From Nemertoderma westbladi (Eukaryota > Animalia > Xenacoelomorpha), in contig JAUCBJ010007210.1 of the NCBI GenBank assembly GCA_032718475.1, forward strand, positions 1-41,267: a DNA stretch of 41,267 nucleotides, given 5' to 3'. The notes beneath the pieces were generated by a model, which was given only the letters and a program-made list of their open reading frames with translations, searched no databases and was not told the origin of the DNA. Numbering within the stretch: the stretch's first letter is position 1; the number at the start of each line of letters is the position of its first letter. Below are positions 32,661-41,267 of this stretch, piece by piece. Position numbers and translations under genes: made by a program.

Positions 32661-33656
32661 TTACTACTACTACTAGGTCGAGCGAACTCGGACATTGGAA
32701 ATGAGATCCTTCTATGCTTCCTGATTCTCCATAGTTGTTGCAATTTTGATTCTCCCAAGTTCAGTATCCCTTTCAAGTTGATCTATATATGTTATGGCTG
32801 GTCATCCAACACTACACTTTCCATGAGTTGGTTGCCAGAAAAGTAGATCTGGTATGACCTCGTCTTTACTTCGCCAGCAGTGCCCACTGAATCTTAATCT
32901 GCGTTCACGAAGGATGGTTGATACAGCTGGTATTGTACCATAAAGCTCTGCGATTGTCATGTGTTGTCTCCAGCTGATGTTTAGGGATGCCCTTAGTAGT
33001 TTTGTGTAGCAACGATCAATTCGTTGTTCAAGTGATTTAGTCAGTGTCCAGGTCTCACCCCCGTATAAAAATACATTTTCCACTGTTGCTCAAAAGAACT
33101 TAGTCTTCAGGTGCCTGGAGAGATCTGATATCCAGATGGTATCCATTTTTGATAGATCTACCCAAGCATTTGCTTTCTTATCTTCTATGTCCTTTTTGCT
33201 ACTCTCTATCCATGATCCAAGGTACTGGAAGTCGTCGACCTTCCTTAGTTGATTATTATCAATGGTTGTCATGTTTCCATCAACACTAAAAGTCATGAAT
33301 TTGGTCTTGTTAGCATTTATATGCAATCCAACCTCCTTAGCAGCCCTCTCCACTTTGTTTAGTAGAAGCTGTGCATCTGGTAGCGTATTAGAGAGCATGG
33401 TGATGTCATCCGCAAAGTCGGTGTCTGTGACTGTAGTTACTGTATATCTACTACTTCTGCGTTCTTGAAGTGTGATTCCCAGATCTTCACCTTTTGTGGC
33501 CGTCCTCATTGCATAATCCAGTACAATTACAAATAGTAATGGTGCTAATGTGTCACCTTGCAGTAAACCAGCCAGGATTGAGAAAAACTTACAGTTTCAC
33601 CATATGGTGAGTGTATCTGTGCTTCTGTGTCACAATATAACAATGAACTGAAACAA
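32661..33656 (-). mobile_element. 5'-truncated RTE-clade non-LTR retrotransposon fragment
   Basis: LQGDTLAPLLF, DTDFADDI, FQYLGSWI, LYGGETWTLTK, RERRLRFSGHCWR; 3' tail (TAG)n at 32661-32675 on the minus strand. Confidence 0.88.
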
Positions 33657-33691
33657 TACCCTGAAAACATACCTATTATCATGGCTGACTT

Positions 33692-34853
33692 TGTAAAAGC
33701 TTTTGCGTAATTAACCGGTTATTCTCCCGTAAAGTACTCTGTAGTTGGTTTACCAGGCATAAAAAGGCCGTGTCCTTACTGTACTGGTGTTTTAGAGGAC
33801 AGAAAAGTCATTTCTTCTGTATTTGTACTTTAGAGGACATAATCCGCAATCTCGTGACGCAATAAGCTAGATCCTCTTGAAAACAGTGTCGCTACCATGA
33901 CGATGGCTAACAGCTGATATTGCCACGTCGACATTTCTTTGTTTCTTTGTTCTCTCGTTGTTCGGTTGACCAATCAGAGCGTTTTTTGTCTCTGTGTTGG
34001 AGGTGGATACAGAAACTCAGCAGTTCAGTGTTATGTTTTTGCCCAGAGCCTAAGAACACCGGCTTTTGGCACCTCCGTGTTTCAGTCTTTAGTCTTACAT
34101 TAGTAGGCTTAATTATAGAACGTATATCTGTTATCTAACCATACCAATGCAAATCGAGTTAACATACCATATCTATCCATAAATTACTAATATTACTGCT
34201 TTTACTGTCGGTTATTCATTATATTTGTTGATGAAATATTATATCGGAATACTGATCAATAGTCAGACACCCCACCTTCTTGATATACTAAAGGTTAGAG
34301 AGACCGGTTACAGATAAACGATTGCGACCTATGTTAAGTGGTTTGAAGTGAATCTAATGCTATTTCATAGGCCCGACATAAATTGTATGTTGCTCTCTTT
34401 ATACGTGACTAAATTTAGTGAAGGTCGGCAGATTAGTGTGCAGTATTGTGCAGCATTGTGTATGATTGTAACTGATAACAAAGCATCTCCTAAAGAATGC
34501 GCCATATACGTGAATCTATAGCCTTTTCGTTGTGTCTAGTTTAAGTCATAACTCTGTTTACATATTTAGAGCGCCACGTCCTAAAGGAACTGTTAATATT
34601 TCCCGAAAGTGAATAATATTTGTCAGAGATTATATATTACGATCAGTCGAATAATACGGTAGGCTTACACCATCAATCATTAAGCTTCCGAATTCAGTCT
34701 CCCGGGTATATCCAGCGGGTGAATGATTGCGCATAGACTGGCTTCGGCTAATGTAGTGTATCAAATACTCGTCATAGGCTAAAGACTATATATCATCTAA
34801 AAGACATCCTAATTTGGCAGGTTAAACTGTCAAAGGTCTTAAAAGCGCAAACA
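33692..34853 (+). repeat. Element C 5' LTR (about 1160 bp)
   Basis: Starts tgtaaaagc where the flanking duplication breaks. Ends ...gcgcaaACA, the same point where the paralog at 1-857 ends. Confidence 0.85.
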
Positions 34854-34867
34854 ATAACAGATATACG
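34854..34867 (+). promoter_or_regulatory. Element C non-tRNA primer-binding site candidate (ataacagatatacg)
   Basis: Directly follows the LTR. Perfect 14-nt reverse complement of LTR segment cgtatatctgttat (34121-34134). Confidence 0.72.
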
Positions 34868-35221
34868 GTTCTGATTGCGGTGTAGGCAATAAATACAGTT
34901 TAATATTGTTTTGGTAAAAACAATAACAGATATTGCTTCTAGATTGCGGTGTAAGCAATCTAGTCTAAAGTACCGATACCGGTCGAACGGTAACCTGTAC
35001 TGCTGTAACCAGTAGGCCTGACTGCCTGATCATCCGAACCGGTACTTACAGTACAGGTACAGCAGTATTATTCGATTTGATTATTATATACCGGTAGGTC
35101 TTAATAATTAATCGGGGACGCCTGGTTTTTATTGGGATTTTACTTAGGCCTATTTCTGTCAGTTTTATTTATTTGTAAGCCAGTATTGAGCAGAAGGCGT
35201 GTAAGCCTGCTCAGATTGTAC

Positions 35222-35790
35222 AGATAATTTGTAGGCTTGACTGTTGTCTAACTGTTGTTAAGTCTGAACGGATTGCAGTGTGTGTAGAGCATCTGTCCGA
35301 TGAAGTGCTAGTTAGGAAAGTAGGGGCTTCAAGTGCTGTGAGGTAAACCCCCTGTGAAAGAATAAGTCGTACTACTGGGTTAGAACGCATACTAACTAAT
35401 CATTTCGGAGTCTGCATATACTGTAGTGTATTTGGGCTTGATAGTAGTCTGCCATCGTTTGGTCTGTACTTTGTTTGTGTAGTCTGTACGGGTAGCGTAT
35501 AATTTTATTTAGATAATTTGTAGGCTGGATAGTTGTCTGGCTGTTGTTGGGTTTGAGGAAATTTCGGTGTGTGTAGAGCATCTGTCCGATAAAGTGCTAA
35601 GTTAGGAAAGTAGGGGCTTCAAGTGCTGTGAGGTAAACCCCCTGTGAAAGAATAAGTCGTACTACTGGGTTAGAACGCATACTAACTAATCATTTCGGAG
35701 TCTGCATATACCGTAGTTTGTTTAGGCTTGATAGTAGTCTGTCAGTATTTGGTCTGCATTTTGTTTGAGTAGTTTGTACGCGTAGCGTAA
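35222..35790 (+). repeat. Tandem duplication (period about 289 bp) in element C leader
   Basis: agataatttgtaggct at 35222 and 35511; gtgtgtgtagagcatctgtccgat...gtagcgta at 35278 and 35567. Confidence 0.9.
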
Positions 35791-37141
35791 TATTTATTAT
35801 TCAGAGTTTATGCGATTATTCGCAACATTCATTCCCCAAGTTTGTTCCTACAGTAATTGTGTTTGTTATACATACCGTTATAGTTAAACTAACCCCGGTA
35901 CTACATCAGGGCTGCTCGGCGTAGGTAAAGACTGGAGATTTTGTGCTTTGGTCACTCCGGCAGATACCGTGGTTCTTTTAGCTGTTCAAGTATTTTTAAC
36001 TACTAATTATTTGTTGTACAAGTACTTGTACCTAATTTAGGGTTTAGTGTACAGTACTTTCCGAAGGTGATTAGTGTGTAGGCAATATATTTGTGTTGTA
36101 AAGTGGTTAATAGGCACGTTGGTTCTGGTAGACCGCGGTAATTAACTTCTGGGTAGGAACACTCCGTGATACATAACGTAGTACCTATAGCGATACGGTT
36201 ATAGGTCGTCAGGCGGTGGTATTTTCCTATCTGGACAACGCAGTGTATTTACTACTACTTATTATTTTCAAATACCGTAGTAACCTGTCCGTTGTAATAA
36301 CCAGATATTCTAACCCTTTGTTAGGCTGGTTAGTAGACTTCTTGTAAAATTACCCTAAAAATTCGTATTTGTGTATTTGTAATTAAAATTTTTGTGTTTA
36401 TTTAGAGATTGTAATCTCAACCCGAATTGTACGTAATTTGTAGTATTAAGTAACTTAGGTAAATTAGAATTATTTGTTTTAGTGTCTAACAAGTAGCACT
36501 CCACTGAGAGCGCACAGCTTATGTGTAGTGACTCCCCCAGAAATAATAACATTTATTTCAAACATTGACAAAACCCATTAAACGGGTATATATATATTAT
36601 AAATCAACTCAAACGATTTATAAATAGTAGGCCTACCATATAACAATTAGGTCTCAATATCAGTTGGACTACTGCTTAAATAACGGCGATAAAGTAAGTT
36701 AAAGTAACGAAGTAGCCCTTAAAATTCAGAAATTCAATTATTCTAAAATAATTGATATACCGGTATTTACAATAGGCTTATTATTTTTATTTTATAAATA
36801 TAGGCTGAAATCATACCGGTATTCTGTAATTAATTCTAGTTAATAATTATACTTATATTTATATATACTATAAGTGTAAACTACATACCGGTATCCACGA
36901 TAGGCCTATTATATATTTATATATATTTGTGCTAAAATTATATACCGGTATTCTGTAAAAACCTAGTCTGTAATAATACTTATATATACCATAAGCATAC
37001 CGGTATTCTAACATTATATATATATCACGCTACACTGAGTAGCAGTATCGGTAATTAATTACTAGGCTAGCAGTTAATGCTGAATTACTAGACTTGCTTA
37101 GACTGTAATATAGCAGTAGGCATTCAACTGTGCAAACAAAC

Positions 37142-40100
37142 ATGTCTGATACTAAGCAGAACCTGTCAGACAGTTTATTAGATGTAACAATCTGCGACTC
37201 AGATAAGGGTGTAGAACCGTCTACACCTAAGTTCAGTTCACCTCCCACTGTGAGGAAGGTCATCCCTCCAGTAGTAATAACAGAACCGAGGCTGGTCCAA
37301 CATCGTAGGTCTATCATAGGCACTCGAGCTCAGGTCAAGCGGGACCAAGAAGCAGCGGAACAGCAACAACCCGCGACCCAAGAACTTATTTCTCAGTGGC
37401 CCGACAGCTCCAGTAGTGAAGAAACTGTAGAGCTGACACCCGAGCGCGGAGCAAGGATGACGGATGCGGTTTATTCGGATCCCCTTCTCATCCTTCCTGC
37501 AGCCGTACTCACTAGGTTATTGATTGCGGTGGAAGAACACCAGATCGATTGGGCGAGAAGTAAGCGATCAACTAAAGATAGTTATGAGGGATACACAAGG
37601 GAAGAACTGAAGTCTATGGTCGAGTCGCAATGGAACTTCCCCGGACCCGGACTCCCGTTTGATTTATCAGAAGCTGCCTGGGAAGACATACACCGGATGG
37701 GAGTAGCCAAGGAAACCATCGATCCAGCTGTGTGGAAGAGGTCCGCAGCCGGATACGCACAGGGATTCTTCAGCTCTATGGAGCGAGTAAAAGAACAACT
37801 GTTTCAACAACCTCAAGGACCTCAAGAGCAGGGACAACTGCTTTATCAAGTTAGAGAAAGAATTCTGCGAATTAGGCTAATCTTAGCGGCCTTTGAGGAG
37901 GCTTCTAAAAGAAGACAAGGTTGAGGAGAAGGTTGGATGGACTTAACCCTAATAGTGAAGGAGCACAGCGTGTGCTTGACGCCATCGACGTGGATAGGTT
38001 AGCGGCGAACCAAGCTAAATTCGATGAACAACTCCGCATCGCTATAGACCAAGAAGAAAGGGTGAAGAAAAAACGCATAGAAGACAGAAAGAAAGCAGCA
38101 GTAGCAGCTGCATAAGCCGAAAGGAAAGCAGCCGAAGAGGAAAGTAAAGCAGCCGAAATGGAAAGAAAAGCGGCAGCGGCAGAGGCAGAAGCGAAAAGAA
38201 AAGCGGCAGCGGCAGAGGCAGAAGCGAAAAGAAAAGCAGCCGAAATGGAAAGAAAAGCGGCAATGGCAGCGGCAGAAGCGGAGCGGATAGCGGCTGAAGA
38301 GATCGCCCAATTAGAATTGGAAAATATTCAGGAGAATCAAGACTGCATAAATAAACAGTTAACAGCTAGTAATATGCAGATGATGAATCGATCTACTCCC
38401 AAAAGACAGGGATATACATCATCTGAGGAAGGCGATACCACCGATACTGAAGGCAAAGGAAATAGATCTCACCTAAGCAGACGTAAAAGAACATCCCACC
38501 GTCAGAAATTGCCTGATTTGCCTCCAGCTGTTAGAAGGCAACTAAATAACACCAACTTAGGTAGTACAGAACCCACAGACCAAATAATTACAATAGAGAG
38601 ACTCCCTACTATAGTAGATGAGCCTGAAATAATTAGGCCTGTTCCCGAAGCCACCCTTTCGGTGGTGAGACACCTGTACTCCCTGAATCTACCTCTAAAT
38701 TCCCTTTGCACAGTACCAAGCTACCTGTGCCCAGCAGAACAGCCCATGAGACAGTTCATGCCCTGGACTCCGAGCGAAATATTCATGATTTGTCGCCCGT
38801 TGTCCCTCGTCCGCCCGCTACAACGTTGGCGAATCCCGCTTCGGCGGTCGAATGGGTGGATGAGAGACGACGGGGGATGGATCTCCTGCTCGGACAGATG
38901 CAGGAGACCGTTCAGCAATTCAAGGGCACAGTAAGGGAAAGTAGGCTAGAGTTGCAAGAAGTGCAGCAAAGTATCGCGCTAGAACGCGATAAATTAGTAA
39001 ATACACAAAAGGGTATACCATCACCCCCTGTAACAATGTGTCAACCTGTTAGGTCTGAAGTATCTCATGCGCAAGGTGTGGAGCCTACACGCATCTATAC
39101 TGCTAGCGAAGTAGAAACTCCTATAGTGAACCCTATTAAGGGTAATTATAGACCTGTTGATAAGGATATTCCCTATAGACCGGATCATAATCCGAGAAAT
39201 TTATATACCGATAACTCGATATTAAATAACACGATGGCCCAAGAAAGTTTTACGCGTCAAATGGCTAGAACCGAAGCCCGGCAAGCGGTAAAGGTGGGAG
39301 AGATCGTCAAGTTCAATGGAGATGAGATGAAATGGTTACCTTTTAATGAATATTACAAAGATAACATACAGAACTCTGTGCTATCTAATGGAGAGAAACT
39401 TAGATTCCTCATCGAGTGCTTGGAAGGATCTCCCAAGTTAATGGCGTTAAAGTTTATTGGACATCCAGACGGATTAAGACAAGTTTGGGATACACTAAAC
39501 ATCAGGTATGGTAATAGGAATAACATAGCTGGGTATTTGTATGCAAAGTTGGTAGCGCCCCGAAAGTTTATTAGCAGCGGGATTATAGAGTTTTCCGATG
39601 AGATTCAGGAGATCTGCAGACAATTAGATTGGCTAGGTAAGTCTCATGAGTATCAGAATGCTATGGTTATTAGAGCAGTGGCTTCTACTTTACCGAAGGG
39701 TGGAGTAGGTACACGCTGGGATAAGAAAGTGTTATATATGATGGAACAACAACGACGAGACCCTACCATGGCTGATCTCATGTCATTCCTAGATGGAGAA
39801 GTGAAATTACAGCTCCTAAAACTGTCCAGAGAGAAGACACCGGAAAACAAGGTAAGTGAAAAACCCGTCTCTAGGAGAAAGGTAACACCAGTGTGTTATA
39901 CAGACGACGGCGAAAGCCAGACTTCTCAAGGAGAAGATAGCGGGAAAGACACTGACAGATCTTATTATGTCAATAAAATGCCTAAAGATCAGGTAAGTAA
40001 ATTCAAGTCTCGAACCAATGACAGGAGAGAACAGGTAAGAAAAACTCCTCCTACGTCTCCCAAGAGAATTCAGGTGAGAAAGCCCGAAGAAAAAACCAGT

Positions 40101-41267
40101 GTGCACAATGTTACGCAAAATAAGGTAAGTAACATCAAACCGAAATGTGCGCTATGTGATGGGACCCATCGCTTGAATATGTGTGATGAATTCCTAAAGA
40201 AATCATTAACTGAGAGACGTGAAGTCATGTGGGATAAGCGGTTGTGTTATAATTGCCTCAGACAAGGACACCAACGGCGAACCTGTTACTCTGACACAAG
40301 ATGTGCCAAGTGCGGTGCGAAACATCATATCTTGTTGCACACTGAATTCGAGCGAAATAGTCCGAGTCAGGTAAGTGATTCCGAATTACATGTCCAATTC
40401 AGTGATGTGAACGACACTGATCAATCTGAGATGGAAGGATTCTATACGGACGAGTTCTCCGACGAAAACGAATCCTGTTACACGATAAATACCACAGTGT
40501 ATCGAGCACTCACGTATGAAAAGGATACGGACAGCGACCTTACCCTAACTACTTCTGATCAACCACCATTTTGGAAAGCGCCAACTTCCAATGTAGGGAT
40601 TAGAGAATTTCCTGTGGTACAGGTAAGGGTCCACGGACCAAAAAGGAGTTATGTAGTGAACGCCCTCCTTGACTCCGGTAGTACAGGAACATTCATCGAC
40701 AAAGAGCTAGCCGAAGACATATTCGCTGGACAACCCAAGTTCCGAACTAAGCTAAACATGTCAGGAATTATGCAGGTTTGGAAATCTACAGTAACAGCGG
40801 ATTATTATGTAGGTGCGTTGTCCACCCCCCAGGACGAACTAGGAGAACATAGCATAAGGTCAGTGAAAATGGTGGCTATAAAGAACTTCGCTACTACTCA
40901 AGCAGACCTTTATAATTGGGACGAGGATGAGAGCATCCAACATCTTAAGATACCTCGATTCCAGACTGATTATCCTGGAGTGCAAATACTCATTGGCCAA
41001 AACGCGCATGAGGCGCTCGAGACACTGGAGAAACGGCCTGCTCAACCGCAGCCACTACAAACCTATGCGGTAAGAACTAGAGTAGGTTGGTACTTTACTG
41101 GCCCTTCCCGTAGAACTCTCATGGAAAGATTACCGAAAGATCAGGTATATCAAGTGCGAGAATGGGAAGTTGAGAACAGTGAGTTCGACGATCCAACTGA
41201 GGGAACTCCATACTCCTCAGACAACGACGATATACATCAACTTTTCGAGGAGGAGAATGCCATCGAT
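37142..41267 (+). pseudogene. Element C gag-protease (disrupted in the N-terminal part; one frame apparently open from about 38900 to the window end)
   Basis: IVKFNGDEMKWLPF near 39300; CALCDGTHRLNMC, CYNCLRQGHQRRTC, CAKCGAKHHILLH near 40146-40340; ALLDSGSTGTFI near 40662; all in one frame. Upstream a frameshift near 37920, TAA at 38113 and another shift near 38700. Confidence 0.88.

Larger units (their letters stand above)
33692..41267 (+). mobile_element. BEL/Pao LTR retrotransposon 'C', 5' part (runs off the window)
   Basis: TG...CA LTR, long leader, BEL gag, knuckle and protease motifs. Interrupts a duplicated flank at 33691. Confidence 0.88.

Noticed and set aside
35297-35320. ccgatga...gaaa, hammerhead-like text in C's leader duplication
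   Set aside because: The core is not CTGATGA, there is no stem II, and the second copy reads ccgataa.

Overview
Eukaryotic (probably invertebrate metazoan) DNA made almost entirely of nested transposable elements; no host gene, RNA gene or CRISPR array is supportable. Left to right: a partial LTR (1-857) inserted into the RT of a minus-strand CR1-like LINE (858-5357); that LINE is inserted into the 5' LTR of a large decayed BEL/Pao LTR retrotransposon 'A' (5358-28996, about 2 kb 3' LTR). A is interrupted by a very young gag-protease-only BEL-like element 'B' (7319-14653, 560-bp LTRs that look identical, GAAAG TSD) and by a piggyBac-type MITE (19266-19754, TTAA). Downstream of pol, A carries an extra ORF that looks like a DEDDy 3'-5' exonuclease with CCHC knuckles. 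A 39-bp minisatellite, a second degenerate LINE, an RTE fragment with an apparently very long TSD, and a third BEL/Pao element 'C' (33692 to the window end) follow. Main observation: none of the three BEL-like elements has a tRNA-type (TGG...) primer-binding site. In each, the bases right after the 5' LTR are complementary, starting at the first base, to a different segment of that element's own LTR (14, 9 and 9-of-10 nt), and the LTR-end/PBS junction is reiterated. This suggests a self-priming BEL/Pao lineage. All calls come from reading motifs by eye; no searches were run.
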